Shown: positions 38,992-54,981 of the stretch, piece after piece | Layout: each line of letters begins with the position of its first letter | How positions within the stretch are numbered: the stretch's first letter is position 1 | Made by a program: the position numbers and the translations under genes | Assembly: GCA_951406725.2 (NCBI GenBank) | Contig: OX597841.1 | Span: 19,034,001 to 19,098,000, forward strand | From: Octopus vulgaris | Lineage: Eukaryota | DNA: 64,000 nucleotides | Direction: 5' to 3' | Notes under the pieces: model-generated | Databases searched by the model: none | The model's input: the letters and a program-made list of their open reading frames with translations, nothing else | What the model was told of the DNA's origin: nothing

Positions 38992-39044
38992 TTGAACAAC
39001 TATGGGTATTTTTGATTTCTATATTTGTGTATAGATGTGTGTGT

Positions 39045-40005
39045 TTGTGAAGGTGCGTGGCTCAGCAGTTAAGGCATTCGTAATTGTAGTAACGTGAGTT
39101 CAATTCACAATGGTGCATTGTGGTCATTGGACAAGACAGTTTTGTTTTCCCGTTGCTCCAGTCAATTCTTGCACCTGGGATTCAAAAGGGTCAGATTTGT
39201 CCCTTTGAATCTTGCCGAGAATTATGTGAAGGCTACATGTGTCCGTGGAGTACTCAGCCACTTGCACACTAATTTCACCAGCAAGCTGTTCAGTTGGTCA
39301 GATGGACTGGAAACCTCGTCATCATAACCGATGGAGAGCCAGTTATTAGCACAGCTGCATGGTTCAGTGCTTACGGATATTCACTTCATGGTCGTTAAGT
39401 TGTGAGTTCAACTCCAGGTGGCATACTGCGTCCTTCAGCAAGACCCTTTATTTTCACGTTGCTCCAGTCCACTCAATACTGAGTTGTACTCGTCATTAAA
39501 AAGGGGCCAGCCTTTGTCACATACATTCTATGTCATGCTGAATCACCTTCAGAACTACGTTAAGGGTCCACATGTCTGTGGGGTACTCATCCACTTGCAC
39601 GTTAATTTCACGACCAGGCTGTTCCACTGATCGGGTCAACTGGAACCCTTGTCCTCATAATCAACGGAGTGCAAGGTATTTGTAAAGACACGTGGCTTAG
39701 TGGTTAGGAGTGTTCAGCTCTCAGTCAAAAGGCTGTGAGTTCAATTCCCAGTGAGATGTCACATCCTTGAGCAAGACACTTTATTCCACATTGCTCCTGT
39801 CCACTCAGCTGGCAAAAATGAGTTGGACCCGTAATTCAAAGGGACCAGCTTTGCCACATTCTATGCCATGCAGAAATCTCCTTCAGAACTACGTTAAGGG
39901 TACACATGTCTGTGGGGTACTCAGCCACCTGTATGCTGATTTCACGAGCGGGCTGTTCCTTTGATCGGGTCCACTTGGACCCTCCTCGTCGTAACCGACA
40001 GAGTA
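39045..40005 (+). mobile_element. Three head-to-tail diverged family B-related SINEs
   Basis: Heads at ~39045, ~39355 and ~39682, each followed by a shared body of the type GAACTACGTTAAGGGTACATGTCTGTGG...CACTTGCAC. Confidence 0.8.
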
Positions 40006-40138
40006 CCAGAAAGAAAAAGAAACAAAAAAAATCTGTCTGAGTGCCCCTCTCACTCACTCATTCACTCTCTCTCTCTCTCTCTGTCTATCTCTCTCTCTCT
40101 CTCTCTCTGCTTCTCTCTCTCTCCCTCCCTCCCTCTCT

Positions 40139-40524
40139 GTGGAAGCACTCCGTCGGTTACGACAACGAGGGTTCCGGTTGATCCGAATCAACGGAACAGC
40201 CTGCTCGTGAAATTAACGTGTAAGTGGCTGAGCACTCCACAGACACGTGCACCCTTAACGTAGTTCTCGGGATATTCAGCATGACACAGAGAGTGACAAG
40301 GCCGGCCCTTTGAAATACAGGTACAACAGAAACAGGAAGTAAGAGTGAGAGAAAGTTGTGGTGAAAGAGTACAGCAGGGATCACCACCATACCCTGTCGG
40401 AGCCTCGTGGAGCTTTTAGGTGTTTTCGCTCAATAAACACTCACAACGCCCGGTCTGGGAATCGAAACCGCGATCCTACGACCGCGAGTCCGCTGCCCTA
40501 ACCACTGGGCCATTGCGCCTCCAC
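40139..40524 (-). mobile_element. tRNA-derived SINE, family B (young)
   Basis: Head TGGCCCAGTGG...GGTTTCGATTCCC; nearly identical to 46182-46568; the head is also shared with 34040-34145. Confidence 0.9.
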
Positions 40525-40969
40525 TCTCCCTCCCTCCCTCTCTGTATTATGTGTAAGACTCTCCACCGTGGTGGTTGTTCTTTGTGTTTCACGTCCTCTG
40601 GTGTCGCTTAGCAAGAACGCACAGAATCTGTGGCAGGAGATGCTACTCTCAGATATTTCTTTCTTTCTTTACCATTCTCGGTCCGTCTTTCTGGCTCATT
40701 GATTCTGTGCAGGAGACGCAGCACAGCAAAGTCTGCGAGAATGCTCTTCCTAATAGCTTACTCATACAACACTCTCGCGTTTCGATGCCATTGTCATCCT
40801 CACTCTGCTACCTGTCAATGCAGGCGTCTCTTCCTCGCTTTCTCCCTTTCTCTCTCTTCACTATCGATCGATCGATATTAGCTATCTATCCATCTATCTG
40901 ATTATTTGCCCATCGATTCATCAATCTAGCCATCCATCCATCGTCTAGCGATCAATCTAGCCAGTTAGC

Positions 40970-43560
<2,591 letters not shown>

Positions 43561-44483
43561 CCGTTCCGGAACAATCCAACACGTGAGCTCCACTTTCAAA
43601 CTGGGACTGACCGCAAAAACATGATCGCAGCCAAGCCGCCGCAGCACACATCCCAGACCCGAGCCGCCGCCGCCGCCGCTGCTGCTGCTTCTTTCGCTGC
43701 TACCTTTCTACATATACACTCTGCAACCAAGCCGCCGCTGCACACAGCACAACCAAGCCGCCGCTACGCACACAGCAGTCCGGCCGGTGCACGCACGCAC
43801 ATACACACACACATATAGGCAAGCACACACACACACATATAGGCAGGCACACACACACACACACACACACATAGGCAGGCACGCACACACACTCACGTAC
43901 ACACACATATAGGCAGGCACAAACACACACACATATAGGCAGGCACACACACACACACATATAGGCAGGCACACACACACACATACACATATATAGGCAG
44001 GCACACACACACACACACACACGCATATAGGCAGGCACGCACACACTCACGTACACACTCACGTACACACGCATACACGCTCACACACATATGCAGCAGC
44101 TAAGCCGCCGCTACATACACCAGTAGCCGAGCCGCCGCTACATAAGAGCGCGCGCGCACGCACATCGCAGCCCAGCCGCAGATGCACGCAGCATCCCGGT
44201 CGAACCGAACAGTCTTTGCAATGACACACACGCACGCACACATACATATATACACAAACACAGATGCATACAAACATACACCATATATATATATATATAA
44301 TAATATGATATATAAATATATATATATATATATTATAAATATATATATATATATATAATGATAGATAGATAGCTATAGATATATGTATATATATATGTAT
44401 ATATATATATATATATACCATGTTATATATATATATATATAAAAACACAATATATTTATATATATATATACATATATCTATAG

Positions 44484-44528
<45 letters not shown>

Positions 44529-44808
44529 TATATACATAAACACCCTCACACGAATGCACACATGTATTTAAACATATATGCAGACGCATATTAAATACAC
44601 ACACATTTTTGCATATATTTGCATATATATATATGCATATACATATAGATGTACGCGCGCGCGCATAACATTCATACATCTATGTATGTGTGTGTGTAGA
44701 TATATGTCTGTGTATACACGTATGCATGTATGTAGACATAGGTAGAGGGACACACAAATATAATGAAACTTGCATACACATACATACATACATACATACA
44801 TACATACA

Positions 44809-44842
<34 letters not shown>

Positions 44843-45118
44843 CATATATATATACATACATGCATACATACATACATACATACATACATACATACATACA
44901 TACATACATACATACATACAAACATGCATATATACATACATACATACATACATGCATACATACATACATGCCTGCATACATGCATACATACGTACATACA
45001 TACATACATACATACATACATACATACATACATACACACACACACATACATACATACATACATACATACATACATACATACAAACATACATACATACACA
45101 CACACATACATACATACA

Positions 45119-45152
<34 letters not shown>

Positions 45153-45765
45153 CATACATACATACATACATACATACATACATGCATACATACATACATA
45201 CATATATACATACATACATACACACACACATATACATACATACACACACACACATACATACATACATACATACATACATACAAACATACATATATACATA
45301 CATACACACACATACATACATGCATACACACACACACATAGGCATAGTGACACAGATACATACATTGTTTGAACTTTCGCTCGTTCTCACATACGCGTGA
45401 AGACACACACACGCACCGCACGCATGCACGCATATATGCATGCACACTGGCACGCAGATACGTGCATGTATGCATATGCACAGGTGCGCGTTTATGCTTG
45501 TGTGTGCGTGTGCGCGCGTGTGTGCATACCGTAGCCGTGCAGAGAGTGCACTTATAAGCACACAGTGAAGCCGAGACGCAGTTGCACCCATGCACAGCCA
45601 TGCCGCCGCAGCTGCATCCGTCCACAGCCGGGCCGCCGCTGCTGCACACACACACACACACACACACACCAGGCAGCATCGATGCACTTTACACATCAAC
45701 CTTTTACATATGCATTTGTCGTGCTAGAGTCTGAACACAGAGAAAACTACGTATATATATATGTA

Positions 45766-45823
<58 letters not shown>

Positions 45824-45853
45824 TGTATGTATGTATGTATATATGTATGTATG

Positions 45854-45909
<56 letters not shown>

Positions 45910-45910
<1 letters not shown>

Positions 45911-46105
45911 TGTTGTGTCTGGGGAGAGTCATTCTCTTTTAGTACCTTATTATTTAACACACTCACCCGTAAAATTTCCACTTAAGGTTGCAAGACGCAA
46001 CGAAAATTTTAGGAAAATAAAAAGACGAAATAAGTGGAAATTTTACCGGTGAGTGTGTTAAATAATAAGGCACTAAAAGTGAATGACTTTCCCAAGACAC
46101 AACAG
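45910..46105. repeat. Imperfect inverted repeat, ~75-bp arms
   Basis: 45910-45985 versus 46031-46105; related sequence at 56045-56230. Confidence 0.85.
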
Positions 46106-46181
46106 AATATGCTTCAACACACGAACTCACATAAAGAATCTTGCAAACCAAATCCAAAAACGAAATATATATATATATGTG

Positions 46182-46568
46182 GTGGAAGCACTCCGTCGGT
46201 TACGACGATGAGGGTTCCGGTTGATCCGAATCAACGGAACAGCCTGCTCGTGAAATTAACGTGTAAGTGGCTGAGCACTCCACAGACACGTGTACCCTTA
46301 ACGTAGTTCTCGGGGATATTCAGTGTGACACAGAGAGTGACAAGGCCGGCCCCTTGAAATACAGGTACAACAGAAACAGGAAGTAAGAGTGAGAGAAAGT
46401 TGTGGTGAAAGAGTACAGCAGGGATCACCACCATCCCCTGCCGGAGCCTCGTGGAGCTTTTAGGTGTTTTCGCTCAATAAACACTCACAACGCCCGGTCT
46501 GGGAATCGAAACCGCGATCCTATGACCGCGAGTCCGCTGCCCTAACCACTGGGCCATTGCGCCTCCAC
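46182..46568 (-). mobile_element. tRNA-derived SINE, family B (young)
   Basis: Nearly identical to 40139-40524. Confidence 0.9.
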
Positions 46569-46734
46569 ATATATATATATATTGCTTTACTGCCCACAAA
46601 GGGGCTACACACAGAGGAGACAAACAAGGATAGACAAACGGATTAAGTCGATTAAATCGACCCCAGTGCGAAACTGGTACTTTATGCATGTATCTATGCA
46701 TATACATTCATACACATACAATACATAATCATAC

Positions 46735-46962
46735 AACAGAAGTGAGCTGTCGATGTTCATTCTGTAAAGCTCTGACTGGACCTCACAGCAGAGAGGAGGA
46801 GGATAAAATCCATCGCCGAAGTTGCAGAGAAGGCTTTGGACGAAGAGAGCAGAACAGCGGATTGCTGCTACTGGCTGGGTCACCTGGATGAGGGGGCCTC
46901 AAGTTGAAAGACCTGAAGCCCCGTGGACCCGAGGGATGCATCACTGACGATGCATCCCTAGT
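46735..46962 (+). mobile_element. HERO-like 3' end with structured 3' UTR
   Basis: Degenerate EVSCR...AEVAEKA; inverted copy of 47148-47281; 11-bp hairpin at 46932-46959. Confidence 0.7.
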
Positions 46963-47119
46963 CAGCGGTAGAAGCGGTGGAAGCAGTGGCAACGCCGGCA
47001 GTGACAGGTGTGGTGGCAGCAGTAAGCCTACAATAATCCGTTTGGTGCTCTTCCGTAAGCCTGAGATGGTTCTTCCGGTGGAGGCAAAGGACTTTGTGCT
47101 GCGCTGAATGACCGGAACG

Positions 47120-47720
47120 CGCAGCCAGTGTTGATCAAGTCCCAGTGGCAGCAATCCGCTGTTCTGCTCTCTTCGTCCAAAGCCTTCTCTGCAACTTCGG
47201 CGATGGATTTTATCCTCCTCCTCTCTGCTGTGAGGTCCAGTCACAGCTTTACAGAATGAACATCGACAGCTCACTTCTGTTGGCTCGGATCCTGCCTGCC
47301 AGAGCCGGTTCGAGCCCTCTTCTTGCAGCTCCCCTTCGTAAATTGTCGGTTGACCTGTACACAACGACCCTACATATGTTCCTTGGAAAGCGAAGACATC
47401 TCAAGAAAGCGCTATTCTTCCTCTCCATAGTTTCTACCACTGATACGCTGACATCATATAATGAAGAGCCACAAATTCCCGTGCAGTATGGAATGCTGTA
47501 TATCAAAGCTTTGAAGCAACCAAGTAATCTAGATTTGTCAGCCTTCGTAAGCCTTAATAGGCCTAAAAGTCCTTCCGGCAAGAACGAAATATCTGGAGAA
47601 CGAGAATCAGATGCAACACACCGAAGCATAACCAGGCTAACATTTGCAATTGGTGCCATTGCCACTGAGAGAGAAAAGACGGGGAAAAAAGAACGGAGAA
47701 GTTTCAGTTGCCATCTCAAC
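47120..47720 (-). mobile_element. Internally deleted HERO-like retrotransposon fragment
   Basis: DKSRLLGCFKALIY...LYDVSVSVVETMERKNSAFLRCL.FPRNI...Y resembles the HERO RT thumb region, joined to the C-terminal segment. Confidence 0.7.
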
Positions 47721-48309
47721 ATTTCAGTTTCATACAACTTAACATATACATGCATATATACGTGTGTGTATCTTCGTGTTTCTTTCTTCTCGTTTTTTTT
47801 TTCCTCACTGTCTAGCATCCTGGTTTCTAAAATAAATCCGACAGATGGACAGAGCCTGAATAATCGCTTGCAGATACATGGCGTATTTTATAAATCTGTC
47901 AATTTAAAGAATACTAAAAGCTTGAAACAATCTACAGCTGTTTCGTGACCCCTGAATCAAATCGATATTTAGCTCCCCCCGGATGGGATACATGTTTGCT
48001 GATTCTACCGGTAATGGAACTCAAAACTAGGTTCTAACGGTGTGCCTCATGAATTTTCTTTTTCTTGATTTGGTTTTTCAGTGGGCTTTTTTATCACGAA
48101 AGGAGTCAATGGACTCCTCTTTATGTATAAAAATATTTTATAAACTTTTATATTTTAAAAAATATGTTACGTCGTATGGCTTATTAGTGCCTACTAAACA
48201 CCGGTATTTTTATTTATTACCCTAATATTTACGCATGGGGCAGCAGTCGATGAGGGAGGCATATTGGATTGTTGGTATGGCTGTACAATAGTATTATAAC
48301 ACATCCTTT

Positions 48310-48366
<57 letters not shown>

Positions 48367-48499
48367 CATATTATCAAAATAAGCAACACCTTATTTTGAA
48401 ATTGTATGGATCATACCGTACTAAATTCTGGTGCCTCAACTTAAATACCATATTCATCTGAATCTATACACACACACATACATACATATATATACACAC

Positions 48500-49438
48500 A
48501 CGAGGACTATATCCCTAGGACTGAAATAACGGAACTTGAAATAATTATTAGTCCTTCCCTGCATGGCCATCACCAATGGTAACACAGTTCTCCCATTGCT
48601 TCCTGCTGCAGCGTTGAAGACCTCGACTGTAGAAGCCGGTGGGTTGCATCTGAAGCCAAGGCTTTACCTCGGAAATAAGTTCATCCTCATCCGAAAAGTG
48701 CTTCCCCTTCAAAAAAGACTTCATAGGTGGAAAGAGGAAAGGTCGGAGGAATTATCATGCTTCCATTGCTTCGACTGGACTTAATCTCAGGACCATAGTG
48801 ATGGACCCATGTATCATCCTGTGGGATAAGTCTGCCGAAAAAATCCTCCTCATTTTCTTGGTATATGGTCAAAAGAGCCTTGGAACAATTGACTCGTCCC
48901 TGCTTCAGAAACGGTGTGAGCATCCGAGGAATCCATCGAATGTGCAAATGGTCGTGAATGATTTTTTTTCCACAGATCCTACACTTATCTTCACTTTTGG
49001 GGCTAGTTACCGTAAAGTTATGTGGTGATCCTCTAAAATGGCGGCTTCCACCTTATACATGGCATCATCATCAATGGCAGAATGTGGTTGTCCAACAGTT
49101 TCCACCAATGTCCAGCCACATTTGAACAGGTGATGCCAGTGCTTGACTATGTTGTATGATGGTGCATCGTCACCATAAGTGCTTCTTTCATCTTATCAAA
49201 AGTCCCATTTGGTGTACGACCTTCCAAGTATAAGAACCTGATCCCTGATCTGCATTCAACTGCCTCCATTATAACAGCTAAGTCCACTTCAGCAGCCGCA
49301 AAAGACAAACGAATCCGAGTGGAAAGCTGCAATTTACAATGGGACATGGGGAGACATGTATGATTATACCTGTACAAGTTCCGTTTCCTGCAATAACCGG
49401 AAGTGGATCAGGGGAAATCTTTAATGAACACCCCTCGT
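48500..49438 (-). mobile_element. Decayed, internally deleted mariner transposon
   Basis: RSGIRFLYLEG (HTH), WIPRMLT, QDDTWVHHYGPE motifs; terminus CGAGGGGTGTTCATTAAAG at 49438 and a degenerate CGAGG end at ~48501. Confidence 0.85.
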
Positions 49439-49454
49439 GTGTTTCTGTATGTAC

Positions 49455-49531
<77 letters not shown>

Positions 49532-49614
49532 GGATTTCTTTCATATTTTTATGTCGTTCATACACGTGTTTTAGTGAAGATTAGGAGGTCAAATGAGTTA
49601 TATTTTGGGCTCAG

Positions 49615-49965
49615 TTGACTTACAAGCTCATTACATCATCAGAATTTACTGCACATAGAGTTCTAAATACTTGTACGTCCTGCACCATAACTAGCTCCAT
49701 ACAAATATATGCAAACCAGAACATTGGACAAACGAGTTTAATTTTGAGGAAGAGAATTACTCTGCATAAGGAGCAAATCCGTTTCCCGCAATACCGACAA
49801 ATTCCTCTTAGTGAACACATAGAAAAATGTGCAGGTAACATCAAACCAAATTTTACAGTTTTCCCTTTCTACCAGTGCAAAGACACAATCTCTCAACTAG
49901 AACGCTTAAATAAAGAAACTTTTTTCATTGAAAAATACAAAACGCGTCTGAATAAGCACGCATAA
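49615..49965 (+). pseudogene. Penelope-like GIY-YIG endonuclease C-terminal fragment
   Basis: IGQTSLILRKRITLHKEQI...LSEHI...RLNKETFFIEKYKTRLN; a hammerhead motif lies ~280 nt downstream. Confidence 0.8.
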
Positions 49966-50242
49966 CCAATTTTTATATTTTTACATATTACATCACTGTA
50001 CATAAATCCCCTACTAAACAAGGCCCCCTTTTTTTAAAACCTGTCTCCTTTCTATACACATATTCTTCCCCACCCAAAACCTAAACAGTTATCTCCCTTA
50101 CAGACAACAATAACAATAATAACAACCAATTACCTCCCTTTACTTGTCAACTTGTAAAATCATTCACTCGTGAATCTCATTATAAACAACATGGACCCAT
50201 TTTCTTCTTAAGAAAAAATATATTTTCATATAAAATAAACAT

Positions 50243-50279
50243 TGTATCATGAATAGCGATTGCGAAACCGGTCGATACA
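50243..50279 (+). ncRNA. Minimal hammerhead motif with A3-U8 core
   Basis: TGTATC-ATGAATA-GC GATT GC-GAAA-CCG-GTC-GATACA. Confidence 0.7.
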
Positions 50280-50332
50280 TTAAAAATTATACTATAACCA
50301 TGTAAGTGTGCGTATTTTCCTTTTTTATTTTT

Positions 50333-50396
<64 letters not shown>

Positions 50397-50606
50397 TTCA
50401 GCAAAAATTTAGATTTAAGGTACTTAAATTTAGATGCACCAGAATTCTGTATGGTGTTATCCATATAAGTCCGTGGGATGATTATAATCAAAATAAGTTG
50501 ATGGGCTGCACTACCTCAAATGTTCTTAAACTTTAAATCCACATCTTTGTCTATATATCTACCTTCCCTATAAGGTTGCCACTGTTGTATTAATGGAAAA
50601 CCTCTA

Positions 50607-50699
50607 TAATTGGCTGATGAGTGCTCAGCATTTTAAAATTGTTGTAATACTTACAACATTTAATAAAATGATGTAGTACGAAACGATCGTACCAAATTA
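50607..50699 (+). ncRNA. Type I hammerhead ribozyme, canonical core, ~60-nt stem II
   Basis: TAATTGG-CTGATGA(50614-50620)-GTGCT...AGTAC-GAAA(50680-50683)-CGATCG-TA-CCAAATTA; inner GTTGTAA/TTACAAC hairpin. Confidence 0.88.
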
Positions 50700-50730
50700 C
50701 CGGAGTCATTATTGTTGCTTATTTTGATTA

Positions 50731-50855
<125 letters not shown>

Positions 50856-51049
50856 GCATTTATGTATGTATATATGTATGTATGTGTGTATATATATATG
50901 TGTGTGTGAGTGTATACACATAAACACATTCATATATGCATACATACATACATGCATATACACACACACATACACACAGCACACACACACACACACAACG
51001 CACTGACATACATACATACATAATCGAAAGTGTGACAACCGATGCAAAC

Positions 51050-51640
51050 TTTGTGGACTTCACACCGAATATATCACCCACATCATAAGCAGTTGTCTGA
51101 AAATGTCACCATGGTATTATCTACCGATGAGACATGATGTTGTAGCTAGGACACTGTAATGAAATCCGTCGGTGGGATAACCCCAAGGACAAAGAAATAA
51201 GAACCGACAGAAGGTAGAAGCCATAGCCATTCATAATAAAAAGGAATATTGGTGGAATGTCCCAGGGAAGACCTCAAAAAAATGTAAGCATAAGAGACCT
51301 GACATAATGATTTGGGATAGAGAAGAGAAACTGTGCACAGTTGTGGAAATCAGCTGCCCAGCGGATGTTGAAATAAAGCTGAAGATGAGTGAAAAAGAGA
51401 AAACCTACACTGAACTATTGAGAAATCTGCAGTTACTCTATCCAGATTACAAGTTCAGGTTTATACCTGTAATTATTGGGGTCCTGGGATATGTGTGTAA
51501 CACACTGCCTAAATACCAATCTTGAGATATTAGGCTTCTCAAAACGAGAAAGGAGAAACGTAATTCAAAGACTACAAATCCAATCCATCAGTGGAACTGT
51601 AAAAATCTGTAAAAATTTCCAAAAGTTTATCATTTAAATA
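51050..51640 (+). mobile_element. R4/Dong-like non-LTR retrotransposon C-terminal fragment (restriction-like endonuclease)
   Basis: MRHDVVART, KRPDIMIWD...VVEISCP, EKEKTYTEL, IPVIIGVLG motifs. Confidence 0.8.
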
Positions 51641-51711
51641 TACAAGAGCTTGTCTAGATATGCAACTATATGCATGAGAATACATACATAAAGCAAAACA
51701 TACAAATCTCT

Positions 51712-52111
51712 TTATTTCTCTCTTTAATTTGTTTCAGTCATTTGACTGCGGCCATGCTGGAGCACCACCTTTAGTCGACCCCGGGACTTATTCTTTGTAA
51801 GCCCAGTACTTATTCTATTGGTCTCTTTTGCCGAACCGCTAAGTGACGGGGACGTAAACACACCAGCATCGGTTGTCAACCAATGCTAGGAGGACAAACA
51901 CAGACACACAAACACACACACACATATATATATATACATACATATATACGACAGGCTTCTTTCAGTTTCCGTCTACCAAATCCACTCACAAGGCATTGGT
52001 CGGCCCGGGGCTATACTAGAAGACACTTGCCCAAGATGCCACGCAGTGGGACTGAACCCGCAACCATATGGTTGGTTAGCAAGCTACTTACCACACAGCC
52101 ACTCCTGCGCC
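51712..52111 (-). mobile_element. tRNA-derived SINE, family A
   Basis: Homology to 13966-14390. Confidence 0.9.
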
Positions 52112-52123
52112 TATGTATATATG

Positions 52124-52193
<70 letters not shown>

Positions 52194-52391
52194 TGTGTGT
52201 ATGTATGTATGTATGTATGTATGTATGTATGTATGTATGTATGTATGTATGTATGTATGTATGTATGTATGTATGCATACACGTATGTATGTATGTATGT
52301 ATGTATGTATGTATGTATGTATGTATGTATGTATGTATATATGTATGTATGTATGTATGTGTGTATGTGTGTATGTATATATGTATGTATG

Positions 52392-52422
<31 letters not shown>

Positions 52423-52868
52423 ATATGTATGTATGTTTGTTTGTATATATGTATTTTTGTATGTATGTATGTATGTATGCATGTATGTATGTATGTGTGT
52501 ATGCATGTATGTATGTATGTTTGTGTGTATTTATTTATGTATGTGTGTATGCATGTATGTATGTATGTAGGTTTGTATGTATGAGCCAATAAGTGGGTGC
52601 CCTACATGGTAGGTAGACATGCTTGAAACACTAACCAAACCTCCCTCAGGTGAGATCTTACTGTCTTGTGTGCGTATATATGTGTGTGCCAAATCTAGAG
52701 ATATCGACATAGTAGCTAGACCTACTAGAAATAGCAGCCAGATATTCCTCAAATCACACGCTATAAATGTGTGTTTGTATGTGTGTGTGTGTGCGTGTGT
52801 GTGTGTGCGTGTGTGTGTGCGTGTGTGTGTGTTTGTGTGTGCGTGTGTGTGTGTTTGTGTGTGTGTGC

Positions 52869-52918
<50 letters not shown>

Positions 52919-53299
52919 TTGTGTGTGTGTGGGTGCGTGTGTGTTTGTGTGTGTGCGTGTGTGTGTGTTTGTGTGTGTGTGTGTGCGTGTGTGTTTGTGT
53001 GTGTGTGTGTGTGTGCGTGTGTGTGTGTTTGTGTGTGTATGTGTGTGTGCGTGTGTGTGTGTGCGTGTGTTTGTATTTGTGTGTCTGTGTCTCCCTTCCG
53101 CACTCCATCGCTTGACAAACGATGTTGGTGTGTCCACGTCCCCGTAACCTAGCGGTTCGGCAAAAGTGACCGATTGAATAAGTACTTGGCTTACAAAGAG
53201 TAAGTCCTGGGGTCGATTTGTTCGACTAAAAGGCGGTGCTCCAGCATGGCCGCAGTTAAATGACTGAAATAGGTAAAAGAATGAAAAAAATTAGCGAAT

Positions 53300-53517
53300 C
53301 AAGGCGTTGAGCTGGCAGAATCATTAGGACGCCCTACCAAATGCTTAGTGGTGTTTCGTCAATCTTCGGGTTCTGAGTCCGAACTCCACTGGGGTCGACT
53401 TTGCCTTTCGTCCCTTCGAAGTCAATAAATTAAGTACCAGTGAAACACTGGGGTCGATTTACTGAACTAGCCCCTCCCCCAAAATATTAGGCCTTGTGCC
53501 TAATGTAGAAAGGATTA
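53300..53517 (+). mobile_element. tRNA-derived SINE, family C (diverged)
   Basis: Homology to the reverse complement of 30131-30372. Confidence 0.75.
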
Positions 53518-53678
53518 TATGGTAGGTCTAAAAAGTTGTGAGGGTCACATCTGGGACGTTTTTTAATGGTAAATCGACTCCATCGGAGCTTATATGGAGT
53601 ACAAACACACACATACACATGACAAGCAAACATGCGTGTATGAGTGTGTGTCTGTGCGTCTGTGTGTGTGTATGTGCA

Positions 53679-53710
<32 letters not shown>

Positions 53711-54941
53711 CCAGTGTATGTGTTTGTATGTGTGTACACAAGTGAGTGTATGTATGTGTGTGCGAATGAATGCGTATATGAGTATGCCTGTGCAAGCATG
53801 TGTGGGTGAGAGTGTGTGTGTCTGTGTGTATGTGTGTACGTGTGTGTGTGTGTGCGCGCGCGAGTGTGTGTGTCTGTGTGTACGTGTGTGTGTGTGTGTG
53901 TGCAAGTGAGTGTGTGTGCATATCCAAGTGTGTATATGTGAGTGAGTGAGTATTTTGAAAGTGCGTGAGCGCGTGAAAAGACCGAGTTGTGTAAATTGTG
54001 TGTGTGTGTGCAAGTGAGTGTGTGTGTCAATGTGTACGTGTGTGTGTGTGTGTGTGTGCAAGTGAGTGTGTGTGTCTATATGTACGTGTGTGTGAGTGTG
54101 TGTGTCTGTGTGTACGTGTGTGTGTGTGTGTGTGTACAAGTGAGTGTGTGTGCATATGCAAGTGTGTATATGTGAGTGAGTGAGTATTTTGAAAGTGCGT
54201 GAGCGCGTGAAAAGACCGAGTTGTGTAAATTGTGTGCGTGTGTGTAAGCGCACGCACATGTGTTTGTGAGCGTGTGTGCGTGTGTGTGCGTGTGTGCGTT
54301 CACCAGTGGAGAGACCTTGTAACATGAACTTCAAAGAGAGGCTGGCGGCACGTGTAACAAGTGTACACGTGACGTGAACGTGCGGTGACAATGGAAGGTG
54401 TGGGGAGAGGGAGAGGGAGAGACAGACAGACAGACAGAGAGACGGAGGGGGGGCAGACAGGTGAGAGATGCCGATGGGATGCAGGGATAGGTGATAACGT
54501 GTAATGGCGGGAGAGTCGTTTGTGTTTGTGTATAGATATTTGTTGGATGTATGGATGGGCAGATGTATGGATGGGCAGACACGTTGATATTTGTATGCAT
54601 GTATGATTGTGTGTATGTATAATTGTGTGTATGTTTGTATGTATGTATGTATATGTGTGTGTATGTATGTATGTATGTTTGTATGTATGTATGTATGTGT
54701 GTATGTATGTATGTATGTGTGTGTGTATGTATGTATGTATGTATGTATGTATGTATGTTTGTATGTATGTATGTGTGTGTGTATGCATGCCTGCATGTAT
54801 ATGTGTGTGTATGTATGTATGTAAGTATGTATTATGTATGTGTGTATGTAGGTGTGTATGTTTGTATGTTTGTATGTATGTATGTGTGTGTGTTCGTATG
54901 TTTATCCATGTATGTATATATGTGTGTGTGTGTGCGTGTGC

Positions 54942-54981
<40 letters not shown>

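Noticed and set aside
47933-48055. Minus-strand GAAACAGCTGTA as in the 1204 and 31950 motifs
   Set aside because: The upstream core (TTCATGA) and stems are too degenerate to call.
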